From: the human T2T-CHM13v2.0 reference genome, Homo sapiens
Reading direction: 5' to 3' (one strand)
Assembly: GCF_009914755.1 (NCBI RefSeq)
Contig: NC_060936.1
Length of the DNA: 64,000 bases
Numbering within the stretch: the stretch's first letter is position 1; every line of letters begins with the position of its first letter. Positions 44,401 to 58,888 of this stretch are shown in pieces. The notes under the pieces are model-generated. The model saw only the letters and a list, made by a program, of their open reading frames with translations, was not told the DNA's origin and did not search any database. Made by a program: the position numbers and the translations under genes.

Positions 44401-46280
44401 GCTCAGCTTCAAAAACTTTTATCTGAGTTTTCTTATGGAACAGTGTTCCATCAAAGCCAATTTAAAAAAGCCCATGTGAAAATAATTATTCTTGCTGCAC
44501 TTTATGCAAATAATCAGACAAAGTATAAGACTAAAGTTTATTTTGCAAACAACTCAGTCCTATCATGATTTAGTTTTAACAAAAATGAGGACTGGAGAGA
44601 GAAAAAATATGTCTCAAAAACTTATCACACACTTGTCATTAAACTCCAGTCTCATTAGTTGTTTTTAAGTTTTTGCCTGCATTTTAGACTAACCCTGCTT
44701 ATTCCTGTGAACCAACCAGTGATCTTCAGCTGCAGTTCAGAAGAAACAAAAAGGATGGATAATGTGAAAATCTGGACCAATATTCTAGTTCTGGGCAATC
44801 CTGCAAATCCTGCCAGGTGCTAGGAGTAAATAGGGTACCCATAACCTGATGGTTTCTTTTTTGACCAAAAAAATAAGACCAAAGATGACCAAAGCCAAAC
44901 TTCATGCGCCAAAATCTTAGCAGGCATAACTATAGCCACCAGTTATCTGGCCATGTCAGCAGTCTCAGGATTTTTAAGCTGTTCTTACCTCCTTGTTTCA
45001 TTTTGATTCATGTCATCTAATAACACAGTTTACCTCTTCTTACCTTCAGGCTGTCAAACTCCAAACGGTCATGCAACTGGGGACTTGGACATTGGCTCCC
45101 TTTTACTGGGGACCCTTATATAGGCCTCTGAGAGAGATCTGACTGCCATCTTCCCAAAACAGTGCCCCCTGTTAGCAGGAAGCAGTTAAGATTGGTCATC
45201 GTTCCTATCCTAATGACAGTTAGATGTACCTCTTCAGAGGAAGAAATTGATAGCAGCGTGAGGCAGACAAATGCCTAGGCAGATAGGGGAGGGTCCCTGG
45301 TGAAACCCCACCTTCAAGCCAAAACAGGCTGAAGCCTAAAAGACCGGACTGCTGGTTCTGGATGAAACCTGCAATCCGGAGTTAGAACTTCTATTCCTGT
45401 TTGCCTGTTCTTTCCCGATTGGTTCTTTCTGAATAATGCTTTGTAACCAATTGTATGTTTTCCTTTTCCAATACTATGATCCTTTTCATAGAATCCAAAT
45501 GAATCTTTTCCAGTACTACTTACAGCCTACCCCTCTCCCGTCCTGTGCCTATAAAAACCCCAGATTCAGTCACAGTGCGGGAGATAACCCAATTTCAGGT
45601 GAGAGACCACCTTCCCATCCCCTCTGCACTGACAGCTGTTTTGTTACTCAGTAAGATTCTCCACCCTCATCACCCTTCAATTGTCAGCATAACCTCATTC
45701 TTCTTGGATGCGGGATAAGAACTCGGAACCCACCGAACGTGGGTACTGAGAAGGCTGTAAACACTGTGGCCCTCTGTCCCTCATGACGGGAAGCAGCAGC
45801 AGGACTGAGCCAGCCTTAGAACGATGAGCCAGAGTGGGGCAAGGGACTGACAGAGCTGTTAACACATCACCATCCATCAGGCTGTGGATGGTGGAACTAA
45901 AAGAGCTACTTAGCACATTGTAACACCCCTTCTGGGGTTTTGGGGTCATGGACATCGCTGGCTGGGCACCACTGTGTTCCCCGTGGGGTGACATGTCTGG
46001 TCCAGCTGAAAGCCTTGCATGGAGCCTGGCTTTATGCTGGCACTTGGAACACTCATCCGGACCCCACACTCACTTGCCCACACAACCCCTGCTACCAGGG
46101 TGTGAGCATGCATCCATGGCAGTCGTGTCCTGAGCCAGTGTGCCAGCCAGACGCAACCTGGGTGGGCCGAGTTGGCAGGCCACTGCCTGTGGCAGGTAGC
46201 ATGGCCAAGCAATGCCCAGGCAGGGGTGTCACCAGCCAGAGGTCCTTGGCTGGCAAAGTGACCAAGAAGTATCTGTATCA
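38451..46280 (+). mobile_element. ERV1 provirus, LTR28/MER52-group LTRs (38451-39436, 45248-46280), MER4/HUERS-P-type non-coding internal region
   Basis: Two LTRs of about 1 kb with TG..CA ends; PBS remnant tgggggcttgtc (tRNA-Pro-like) 39441-39452; PPT agaggaagaaat; TSD attg/attt. Confidence 0.85.
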
Positions 46281-46515
46281 ATTTTAAATGGTGTTGCTTT
46301 CTTGATTTATTTTTCAGATTGTTCACTGTTGACATATAGAAATACTACTGATTAGTGTATGTCCATTTTGTATCCTGCAACTTTATTAAATTTGATATTC
46401 TATTCTAATAGTTTTTTGGTGGTGTCTTTAGTATTTTCTAAATATAAAATCATATCATCTACCATCAAGGACAATTTGACTACTTTTTTCCTATTTGGAT
46501 GTCCTTTCTTTTATC

Positions 46516-46670
46516 TTTTTTCAAGATAATAATGCTATATGTTTGCTTCTATCTGACAAAAGAGAATTTCACTACAGTGTGACTAAAGCAATACTAATAC
46601 CATTGTTTCATCTTCATGAAGCCTCCATTTATATACTTTTTTCATAGCAGCATACATTTCAGGTTAAGAT
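46516..46670 (-). pseudogene. 5' half of pseudo-exon split by L1MA
   Basis: YAAMKKVYKWRLHEDETMVLVLL*SHCSEILFCQIEANI*HYYLEK runs into the L1 5' junction with no donor. Confidence 0.45.
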
Positions 46671-46774
46671 TTAGGTGACAGAAATATATTTCCCCCTGCT
46701 AAAATACTGGTGGTAGTTAAGGTCAGGGAAGGCAAGGTGGCAATCAGGTGATCCTTGATTCCACAAGGTAACAC

Positions 46775-46939
46775 CTCTCCATATATGCAGAACAGAACTA
46801 ATCCTATAGATCAAGCATTTCCCAGGAGTTAGAAATTATGACTCTGACAAAGATAGATCATAAATCCCTTTTTCATTTTGTCAATATTTTTTTAAATATT
46901 CAAAAAATCAAGTTGAAGTTTCAACTCTAGGCAGTCCAA
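46775..46939 (-). pseudogene. Pseudo-exon (module 2, motif III region)
   Basis: tttccaaag acceptor, phase 1; VGLPRVETST*FFEYLKKY*QNEKGIYDLSLSES*FLTPGKCLIYRISSVLH; 3' end uncertain. Confidence 0.55.
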
Positions 46940-46952
46940 CTTTGGAAATGAG

Positions 46953-46996
<44 letters not shown>
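46953..46996 (+). repeat. (AGAT)11 microsatellite
   Basis: 11 perfect units. Confidence 0.97.
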
Positions 46997-47111
46997 GAGA
47001 AAAGTCAAGTAACTATCATTTCCTCTATCTGTATGCTTCTAGGTCCTACTTGATGTTAAAAGCCCAACTCAACTGCTAACTTCAATCAAATTGTAAGAGA
47101 AAGAATTGTAC

Positions 47112-47187
47112 CTGTCTTCTGTGGAATATAGTAGGTAAATATTCAATTAATTAATCAGTCTCCTTCATAAAAATCTCTGGTATCTAT
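47112..47187 (-). pseudogene. Pseudo-exon, 76 bp
   Basis: cattttag...cag|gtacaa; IDTRDFYEGD*LIN*IFTYYIPQKT; phase 0-1. Confidence 0.6.
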
Positions 47188-47526
47188 CTAAAATGAGTTC
47201 ATCTTTCTCTAAATTTTCATTGCATTTTGCCTATATCCTCTTCTGATTTAATGCTTTCTATGTGGTATGTTAGTTATTTATGTGCGTGGCGTAGGGCCCT
47301 CATATATAATTTCTTTGAGGAGAGGGTTTATGTATGATTTGTTTTCTCATACACCAATCAATCAATCAATATTTGTTAGAATAAACATCTGAAAGATATA
47401 AACAAGTCAAGTTTTGTTTTGTCTTTAAATTCATATAGATAATTGAAACATGAGAATTTTCTACCCATGTAAGCACTCTTCATAGTGCAGACTAGACCAT
47501 TATTACAAAAAAGTTTTTAAAATTAC

Positions 47527-47669
47527 ATTCTACTTCCTGAAGACAAATATATTCTAAAGTAGCAATTTGACTCCCCAGAGATGTTTTGGTAAACAGTTTA
47601 TCAAGTTTTCTCTAAGAACTATAGCATTTATGTGTCTTCTTTCACTTTGCAGTTATAGAAATGACACCT
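47527..47669 (-). pseudogene. Pseudo-exon, 143 bp
   Basis: ttttcattcttag...|gtaatt; EVSFL*LQSERRHINAIVLRENLINCLPKHLWGVKLLL*NIFVFRK*N; phase 1-0. Confidence 0.65.
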
Positions 47670-48060
47670 CTAAGAATGAAAATAAATCTCTTATAGTTTT
47701 AAAGAGAAATGGAAAGAAATAAGAATTTTTCTCAGCCAGTATATACATGACATGGAGCTTATTGCCTGTTTGCTATATGTTGCATTAAATATAAAGTCAG
47801 AAAATTACAGAAGGAAATAATTCATTGTTTGGGGACCACTCACAGAGAAACCAGACTCTAAATATTGGAACCATAACAGAACATGACACAGGAAATCAGA
47901 AACAAAATGTAATATAAAAATGACAATTCTATTTGTTCTTTCTTAATATAAAAACATCAAGGATGTTTTATCCAGATAAAACTTTAAGAGCAAAGAAATG
48001 CTATGAGTGTTAGGTCATACAAAAGTCATACTTTGTCATGTCATATTATGTACTAATCAC

Positions 48061-48161
48061 CATCAAGAGTTTCTAATTCCTTTTTTAGCTCTTCTATCTC
48101 GATCTCCCAAAGTTAGCTCTTTGCCTCCTCACTGAGGCAAACAATTATCTCTACTGGCAAA
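48061..48161 (-). pseudogene. Pseudo-exon, 101 bp
   Basis: ttttgctcctatcag...|gtgatt; LPVEIIVCLSEEAKS*LWEIEIEELKKELETLD; phase 2-1. Confidence 0.6.
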
Positions 48162-48504
48162 CTGATAGGAGCAAAACGTGTAATACAAAGAACAATATTT
48201 ATGATAAGAAAATATGTTATTAAAATAAATTACCATGTGATGCACATTTTTTAAGTGTAGAAAATTTATTCATCTTGTTCTCACTCTAGGTGGTTCAGAA
48301 GTACATTGTCCAATTTGTGAATAATCCAGAAAATTCCTCCCTCATTATTATTATGTGGGGGCCCATTTATCAGAAAGAAAAAAAAGAGAAATCGTGACAG
48401 TGAGATAAGAAAATAATTCCATTTTTTGTTTGCAGCCAATTTGTTAAATATTGTTGGGAGGGGAAATTGAATTTGTGATTAAATTAGTAATCTTCAGTGG
48501 TGTT

Positions 48505-49168
<664 letters not shown>

Positions 49169-49287
49169 TATTTCATTTTATTTGGCATTAAGAAAAATGT
49201 TCCAAATCAGACATAGCAATTTGGAGGAGGAGTAAGAACTGAGGAAATTGAAAGCCAGACAACCCATCCCCAATCCTCTATTCTTAC

Positions 49288-49340
49288 CTCTTGTCTAGCC
49301 CCACCAACTTTACTCTCAGGAGGTTGCACAAAGCACACTC
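49288..49340 (-). pseudogene. Pseudo-exon candidate, 53 bp
   Basis: tgtgtacag...ag|gtaaga; open ECALCNLLRVKLVGLDK. Confidence 0.45.
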
Positions 49341-49609
49341 CTGTACACAAACTGAGAAATAGAGCATGACAAATATCATCTATGCACTTTAGAATTGTGG
49401 GTTACCATAGCAGTGAAGCACTTCAGGTAAATTGCTATAGTGCGTTTGGAATTGAAATCCTAACTTAAAGGAACTAAGACTGTTTCTCTCAGATTAAAAA
49501 AAAAAAAAGCTTACCAATAAATATATTGCTGCAGGGCTTAGCTTTAAGTGAAAGTTTTTAGATTGTCTTCCATGAAAACAACAACGGACAGGAAAAGCTT
49601 TAAACTTAC

Positions 49610-49846
49610 AAACAATCCTACAAAGAGATCTACAAGCATTGTTAGTAGAAGAAAATCTAAAACTGCCAAGAAAGCAACTTTATGACCATAATCCCTGACT
49701 GGCTGAGAAATCCTGCAATGTTTTCATCAAGGATAACACATTTTCTCATATGTTCTGTGAACCATCTTGCTCTGGTAATTATCTGCTGCTGAGTAAGTCT
49801 TTTGCATTTTATTCAAGGATATACCCATAAAACCCAACCAAGATGA
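49610..49846 (-). pseudogene. Pseudo-exon, 237 bp with Walker-B-like CVILDE
   Basis: ctgttttag...|gtaagt; 49723-49740 encodes CVILDE; another frame upstream gives FYGYILE*NAKDLL. Confidence 0.65.
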
Positions 49847-50951
49847 CTAAAACAGATGATCTTCTCATCAGTATGCTCTGAAAGCAATACATAACAAATT
49901 CCATTTACCCTCTAATATTTGTCCTAGGGAGAGGATACCTAAATCTAGAAATGACTAGGGCATCTGTGAAGTCAAACGATGTTTGTAGAATAGACAGCCA
50001 ATTTTTCCAACTAACATACATTAGAATTTGATTTATCCGGTTTATTGTTAAAAAGAGTCTCTCTAGTTAGGTGGCATTATCCTGGACAATAAATATAGTG
50101 ATAATATGACTCACTTCAAGACTTTCAGGGTTTTCTTTTTAATCATCAAAAAATTAAATTATTTAAAGCGCTTATTTTATTTTATTCTAGGACATTAAAA
50201 TTAGGAAGGACCATAAGGACTATAACCTAACCAGAAAAATTGATGAGCCAAATATTTTATTCTCAGCTATCCAAGGTAACAATTTACTGAACTTCATTAT
50301 AATCACCTCTCTAGATGAGTCACTGGTGAATTTATTAATAGCTAAATTAAAAACTATTGTGATTCAATTCTATTCAAAACATTTCTTAAGTGTGTCTTAT
50401 ATGTATGCTGTAATATACTAAGCAGGTAACTTTTATGTACTGGACATGGTACAGGCTCTACTGATAATGTGAAGTTTTGCTGGGGATATATTATTACCTT
50501 CCTCCTGCCTTTTTTCTTTTTTTCTTTCCTCTTTCCCTGTATCCACTGCCATCCTCTTTCTTTCTTCTGGCTTTCACCCACACATTCAAGTTAAAAAATG
50601 TGGTTAAAAACATATTGGTTGGCCCTGATAAAGGTTAAGGATGCAAAACAAAGAACGAAAATTGCCCTTAATTTAGGGGTACCCATGCCCTAATCTTTTC
50701 AACTTGTAAAGATATTACCTTACATGAAAAAAGATAGTTGGCAAAGGTGATGAGATACTTGAATGGGCTACTATTTTTCAAAGAAGTGATAGAAGAACGT
50801 CAAGCTTGGAAGGACTAATATATGCAAAGGCACGCAGTCTTTAAAAGTACTCCTATGTCTTTGATATAATATTTAGAACAATATAAATTTCAAAGTCAAA
50901 CTTACTTTATTCTCTACTATTTGACTTCATACCAAGATATAGCCGAAATTC

Positions 50952-51242
50952 TTTTTTTTTTTTTGAGATGGAGTTTCGCTCTTGTCCAGGCTGGAATGCA
51001 ATAGCGCGATCTTGGCTACTGCAACCTCCGCCTCCTGAGGTCAAGCAATTCTCCTGCCTCAGCCTCCTGAGTAGCTGGGATTACAGGCATGTGCCACCAC
51101 GCCTGGCTAAGTTTGTATTTTTAGTAGAGACAGGGTTAGTCCATGTTGGTCAGGCTGGTCTCGAACTACCATCCTCAGGTGATCTGCCTGCCTTAGCCTC
51201 CAAAAATGTTGGGATTACAGGCATGAGCCACTGCTCCCAGCC
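50952..51242 (-). mobile_element. AluSp-like
   Basis: gagtttcgctcttgt, catgttggtcaggctgg. Confidence 0.9.
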
Positions 51243-51480
51243 AACAAATTCTTATGTATTATTCTGTTTGATTTCAATTCACATACAAACATACATTTAT
51301 TTACAAAGATGGGATTATACTATGCTCATTGTTGGGGTACTTTATTTTCATCTTAAAATTATGTATTAGATATATTTGATATAATCATATATCTTTATAA
51401 CTATATAATATTCCATTCTATGCATATACCATAATTTATTCAATCCCATATTTATGGGTATGTTTTGCTTTTACAACTAA

Positions 51481-51809
<329 letters not shown>

Positions 51810-51927
51810 AGGCTGCAATATTTCTTATACACATATCTTTGTTTATGAAACTGGCTTATTGAATGCACTGAACTCATTGAATAAAAACAAGGATATTGTT
51901 TTGTTATTATCTTCCTACTACCTTTAA

Positions 51928-52128
51928 CAGTCGTTCTCAAAGTATGGTCTCTGGACTATCAACATCAACATCAATATCACCTGGAAACATAGAAATGCAA
52001 ATTCTCAGACCTCACAGGCCGTCCTCGCAGACCTCCTGAATCAGAAACTCGGGGAGTGGGACCAGGAGTCTGTGTTTTAACAAGCCCTCCAAGTGATTCT
52101 GATGCATATTAAAGTTTGATCATCACTG
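51928..52128. mobile_element. MER5A (hAT-Charlie)
   Basis: cagt.gttctcaaa...aaagtttga..atcactg ends; agaaatgcaaattctc core. Confidence 0.8.
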
Positions 52129-53274
52129 GCCAACACTCCTCCCATTCCTACTCCTCAAGGACATTTCAGGCAAATCCCTTAGCTTTCTCGTCTCATTCAA
52201 TTTCACTACTTGCTTTCAGGCATTAAAATATGTCATAGATAAATTGAATAGAAATTTCAATTTCACAATCAATTCAAGACTAGAACCATGACTTACAAGT
52301 AGGGAAGGGGGAGACTATCTATTTTTTTGCTTTTCTTTCTTATTCTCATCTTACTCTGCTACTGTTGGATCTCTCTTCTCTCAATAACTAAGACCTAAAA
52401 AAAAGGAGTTGGAAAAAAACAGAAACCACTTGTTAGGTGATTTGTGCTGTTGTAATCTAACAATCAGGTTCTTTAATGAGGCAGCCACCAAATGTGGATT
52501 GTTTGAAAGACCTTCACAGGTATCTCTAATTTGCACAGTTCCAAGACAGGAGTAGTGTACTCACATGACCTCTTACAATTCTTCACCCCATCATTCTCCA
52601 TCTTCTGGCTCTATAGCCACAGCTCTTGGAAGTAGTGCACTGCACAGCCTCTTATTGTTAGAATCCTCTTACCCCCAAAACTGATTGTTTTAACTGATAT
52701 TAGGTTGAAATGACTCAAACTGAATTACCTTCCACAGCAATCAGTTAATTGACAGCAAACGCATGCATCTATGACATGCTAATTGTTGGGAGTACAGACT
52801 ATTCCTCTGCTATCTTTTCTCTTTGCCAGTCTCTAGGGTTTAAAAAGTCCTGATAAATATTAATCCTTTCCCTATCTGAAATCAAAGCGAACTGACATAC
52901 ATGTAGAAGTGAAAAAGATGAAGATGGAGATTAAGTATTAGTATTATTATGAATGAAAGCTTCTTTGAAGGAAATAGCTTAGAGCTGTGCCAGTAGTACT
53001 TGCCAATGCATCAAGCCCAAATTAAACAGAACTCTTACCTAGTCATAGGCATTGCTGGCAAACTGCGGTACTCACCCCCACGGAACAGGCTGCTTCGTCC
53101 TTGGCAGAAGAGCAAATGCTAAGGCATGCATCTTATGTGCAGGCTGGTTCCCAAAGACTGGAGAAAGAGTAGTTAGTGTAGTCAGAAACTTTGTGCAGGC
53201 TCATCAGATAAATTCTCCTCTTTCCAAATAAAGAAATGAGAGAAATGAAGAGAGAAGCAAAACGTTATCTAGTT

Positions 53275-54630
<1,356 letters not shown>

Positions 54631-54652
54631 GATCTAGTTTAATGCTTCCTAC

Positions 54653-54948
54653 CTTGAAACATAAGGAGAAAGGATTGTATTTTTTCATTACAATCAGCCA
54701 GATTCCATAATTCAGAATTCCCCCAGCATAAATGAAACAATTGTTTCATTATGACACCTTTCACACTGAGCTCCAAACACCACAATTCAAGAGATTCTAA
54801 TTCTCTAATTTATTTTTGTAGGCCTATCTTAAATATAAGCCTACAAATTTTTGCAACTCAGCAAGCATCCTGCTATGAAGTATGATCTTGTTCTCCTATA
54901 ATTTTTACTGTCACTCCTATTACAAGTAAATCTTTTTGAGCCCTCTTT
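54653..54948 (-). pseudogene. Pseudo-exon, 296 bp (module 2, motif I/Ia region)
   Basis: ttctctctcatccaag...aag|gtagga; KRAQKDLLVIGVTVKIIGEQDHTS*QDAC*VAKI...; 3 stops in 98 codons; phase 2-1. Confidence 0.6.
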
Positions 54949-55259
54949 CTTGGATGAGAGAGAAAACCCATCTACAGCAAGAGCCAGGGGAACAATTTAT
55001 GTTTTCAAGCTCTGTTGATGAGTGTGTGTGTTGGGGCAAAAATGATGCATCTTGAAGTAATTATTATCAATTTTCTTCAAATGTTCAGCTTTATACAATT
55101 CCAAACAACCAGAAAAACGTTCATTGAACATTTTGTACTATATCCTTGAAAATATATCTGAAGAATACATTTGTGAATGTGAAATTGCTGAATCAAAGGA
55201 AATGTATTTCTTAAAATAGTTTTTATAATTTTATAGATGCTGTTAATTGGTCATTGTAA

Positions 55260-55715
55260 AGCCATCCTCAACCTACTTCTCCTTTGTCACCTCCCACTAG
55301 AGCAACAGGAAATCAAATTCTTGCTTTCCCAGTCTCCTTTAAATCTAGGAATGGCCATAGGACTTTATCTGACCCTTGAAACATGAGCAAAAGTCTTTTG
55401 AGGGGAAATGTCTAGAGATCTCCTTCTTTTTCTAAAAGCTGGCATAGCCCTTCTCCCTTTCTCCTTTTCTTTGTTTTTGGCAACAGAGAAAAATGTGTGA
55501 GTCAACAAAATGTGTGAATCAGCTGTTTGGAGCCCATGGGGTGACATGCATGAGGGGCAGGCTAATGAAATCACAGAAGAGGTGGTGCTGGTTATCATCA
55601 ACCTGCTGAACCAGCAATTAACTTCATATTGTTTGAAGTATTTTTTAAAAACCCTTATTTATTCAAGCCACATTGTCAAATTTTCTGTTACTTGCAGCCA
55701 AAACATTCCTAAGTG
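55260..55715 (+). mobile_element. Old MaLR/ERVL LTR remnant (MLT1/LTR16-like) within an L1ME-like fragment
   Basis: 3' end ttcaagccac...ttttctgttacttgcagccaaaacattcctaa. Confidence 0.5.
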
Positions 55716-56280
55716 ATTAGTCTGTTGACAAAAGCCTCTCCAACAAATTGTACCAATCCAATCGTTTTCAAACAAACAGTATATAAGAGTGAATTTTCGC
55801 CCAGTATATCCCTGCCAATACAGGGTATCATTAAGAGTTTTAGTTTCTGCAATCTAATAGGTGAAAAATGGTATCTCACATTATTTCAATCTCCAAGAAC
55901 AGAGATTTATATTTTTGTTAGGGCCACTTCACCTGAAGAAAAATATTTCTGTCTACATATTGTATTTTAAAAGTGATAGTCGGCTCCCAAAATATATCGT
56001 TAGTTTAAAAATAACAACAACAAAAAACTTGAAAGACTTTAAATTATAATGATATGTATTTAGAAGCTGTAATAATATTTATAGCCTAATAATTAACATT
56101 CTTCCTATTATATATCTTATACAATAGATATAATATGTATATATACGAAAGAAACCCATTTTAACACAAATATTATATATATTACTTGCCTCAGACAATG
56201 GGAAAACATGTGACATACAGTCAATGAATAAACTTTGCCTATGAAATCATCTAAAATTTCCAAAGAATTTAGAACCTTAC

Positions 56281-56373
56281 ATCCCTTGAGGATGTCCCTT
56301 CTCTTGATCTTGCTCAAATAGTATTATTTTGTGCACCACAGCTATTATTGCCAAAATGTTAAGCTCTTACAGG
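56281..56373 (-). pseudogene. Pseudo-exon, 93 bp (module 2)
   Basis: cttttag...|gtaagg; L*ELNILAIIAVVHKIILFEQDQEKGHPQG; phase 2-2. Confidence 0.6.
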
Positions 56374-56473
56374 CTAAAAGTGGAACATTTTCTTGTTGCA
56401 AAGCAAATTCATTTTACATAATTGAATTTTAAGGAAAAAATTGTTTTTTTATTCTGAGACTCCTTTATCTCAC

Positions 56474-56504
56474 TTTTTTCCATTTGTTCTATTATATATA
56501 CGAG
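56474..56504 (-). pseudogene. Pseudo-exon, 31 bp (module 2 start)
   Basis: tttcag...|gtgaga; ARIYNRTNGK; phase 1-2 fits both neighbours. Confidence 0.55.
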
Positions 56505-57299
56505 CTGAAATATATTCAAAGAGATTAAAATTGGTTTATATTCTATAAGGTTAGAAATGAAATTTTTGTACAATTAGTTATCATACATATTCAATTTACT
56601 GAAAACTTCATATATAAAGAGTCAGCATTTATGGAAAATCTGGTTTTTAGCATATGCAATAAATGTGCATGATTATCTATTAAGGGTATTTACTATTTTC
56701 TTGGAATTTTACATTATTTTACATTAACAAAATATTGAGACACTTGAGATGCCTGGAATATGATTATTTTGCATGCATAATAAAGTTTTCTTAGTATTAT
56801 CATAATTATCACAATCAGAGCCTTATCCTAGCTGATTATGATGAGCCTGCAATCAGTAACAAAAATGTGGAAGTTTCCTGCTATACCAACAAATATTGAA
56901 CATAGATAATAAGTAGTAGTTTCACTGGAATGTTTCTAGAGGAAGCCACCTATTTGAGCCCCTCCTGAATGGGCCTTTGTTATTTCAGAGCTTTCCTTGA
57001 CTCTTGTCTTCCAGGTTATTTCTACCTTGAAAAAAGAGGGTCCTGATAGGTACCTCAGATTACTGAATGATGCATGCTCTCTTTTCTTCTTTCTCTAAGC
57101 CCTATTGCTTAGGGACTGGCCTGTCCCCATTTTCCCCTTCTAGCTTTGAAACCACCTATCCTGGGTTGGGGATCTTTCCAATATTATGCTTCTAAAACCA
57201 TCACGGTGTAGAAACTTGATCCCCAAAGTTCTACACCATTTTGACACTTCTCTGGAATGTTTATTATTTGCCAGAAAATGTTCTAAAATCGACACATAC

Positions 57300-57412
57300 C
57301 TATTTAAATCAAATAACTGATGATTAGCTCCTTCACTGGGATTACTGCTTCTGCCCTATTTGGTTCTACATTCTGTTAATTCTCCATTCTTTCTTTTTTA
57401 GCCATTCTTTAC
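57300..57412 (-). pseudogene. Pseudo-exon, 113 bp (frameshifted)
   Basis: ttttacatttaattcag and ag|gtatgt; ends EPNRAEAVIPVKELIISYLI*I. Confidence 0.55.
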
Positions 57413-57429
57413 CTGAATTAAATGTAAAA

Positions 57430-57668
57430 AGCAGTATAGTATACTAGACAAGAGTTCCTGAACTTAAATTCTGACATGAACATTTACTATCTGTGCCTAT
57501 GGGGAAATTTCTTAAACAAGTGGTAACTGTTTCCTTATCTGTAAAATGAGGATGATGACAGCATCTACTTTATAGTGTTATTTGAAAAATGAGTTAATAA
57601 CTGTAAAATGTGTTAATAACTGTAAAACTCATAGAAAATAATCTGGAATGTAGACAGTGCTCAATAAT
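57430..57668 (+). mobile_element. MIR
   Basis: tttccttatctgtaaaatgaggatgatga core; gtgctcaataa end. Confidence 0.7.
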
Positions 57669-58082
57669 ATTACATATCAATAATTTAATATAACATGAAG
57701 CCACTTAAGACAAACCTAGGATATGAAAGTCATAAAAATTATTTTTACTACAGGATACCCTGGGACTGCCTATACTTAGGAAAATAAGGAAGGAAAAAAG
57801 AGATTCCCAATGTATTTAACAGTGGCAAGAAAGGTAAAAAATGAGACAAGAAGCAATAAGTTGAAATTCACCTATTGAAATTGTTGTTTTGCTGCTTAAA
57901 TATTGAAAATTTCTCATAGAACAGTAGAGCCAAAATTAAGCCAAAAGGCTGGCTGAAAAATTACTGGATAAGAATAAATGTCACATTTATGCCAAGGCCA
58001 TTCTAAAACCAAATACAGATTAAGCAGCAAACACCTGAGTGAGAAGGATTATGCTAAGACAGTATAAGGAAAAAGAATTGTT

Positions 58083-58380
58083 GGCCGGGCGCAGTGGCTC
58101 ATGCCTATAATCCCAGCACTTTGGGAGGTCGAGGCGGGTGGATTACGAGGCCAGGAGATCGAAACCATCCTGCGAACACAGTGAAACCCCATCTCTACTA
58201 AAAATACAAAAAATTAGCTGGGCATGGTGACACATGCCTGTATTCCCAGCTACTCGGGAGGCTGAGGCAGGAGAATCGCTTGAACCTGGAGGTGGAGGTT
58301 GCAGTGAGCTGAGATCACACCACTGCACTCTAGCCTGGGCAACAGAGCAAGACTCTGTCTCAAAAAAAAAAAAAAAAAAA
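58083..58380 (+). mobile_element. AluSc-like
   Basis: ggattacgaggccaggagatcgaaaccatcctg; polyA. Confidence 0.9.
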
Positions 58381-58612
58381 GGAATTGTCAAATGCCTTAA
58401 GTCCAATAAAACAAATAGAAAAAGAAGGGAGGATGGTCAGCTGAATTCAGGTCTGAGTACCACGTTGTGGGTAAACATATGTAAGTTCTTTATCAGACTG
58501 CAAAATCGTATGGGATTATGATTAATTTACTGATAAGGTGCTGGCAATGCAATGCTGTAATGAACTAAAATATGATGCATAGTAAGCTTTCAGACAAAAA
58601 GCTTATTCTTAC

Positions 58613-58759
58613 TAAACTTCTCATTAATTAAAAGTATTGGAAGAGTTTGGAAGAACATTATAATTATCGTCATTATTTTCATGTTCAAACTAGAACCTTA
58701 TTGTGTTAATAGAATATTCCAGGCATAGGTAAACTCAATCTTAGCTCAATTTCCTGCAC
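58613..58759 (-). pseudogene. Pseudo-exon candidate, 147 bp
   Basis: Phase 1-1, donor gtaaga; AGN*AKIEFTYAWNILLTQ*GSSLNMKIMTIIIMFFQTLPILLINEKF. Confidence 0.45.
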
Positions 58760-58888
58760 CTCAAATTGTAAGAGAAGTAGCTCTTCCCTAGTCTGTCTGT
58801 TCCACAGAATCAAAACCCCTTACCCTCACCTTCAGTTTCATATTTTGCCTCCTGCCTCCATCTCTTATTTCATTTCCTTATTATTTAC

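Larger units (their letters stand above)
30912..46515 (-). mobile_element. 5'-truncated L1MA-type element in three pieces (30912-32343, 38010-38450, 46281-46515)
   Basis: Antisense L1MA 3' UTR and ORF2, contiguous once the two ERVs are removed. Confidence 0.85.

Noticed and set aside
46953-46996. Named forensic STR locus
   Set aside because: Flanks do not match any marker I can recall
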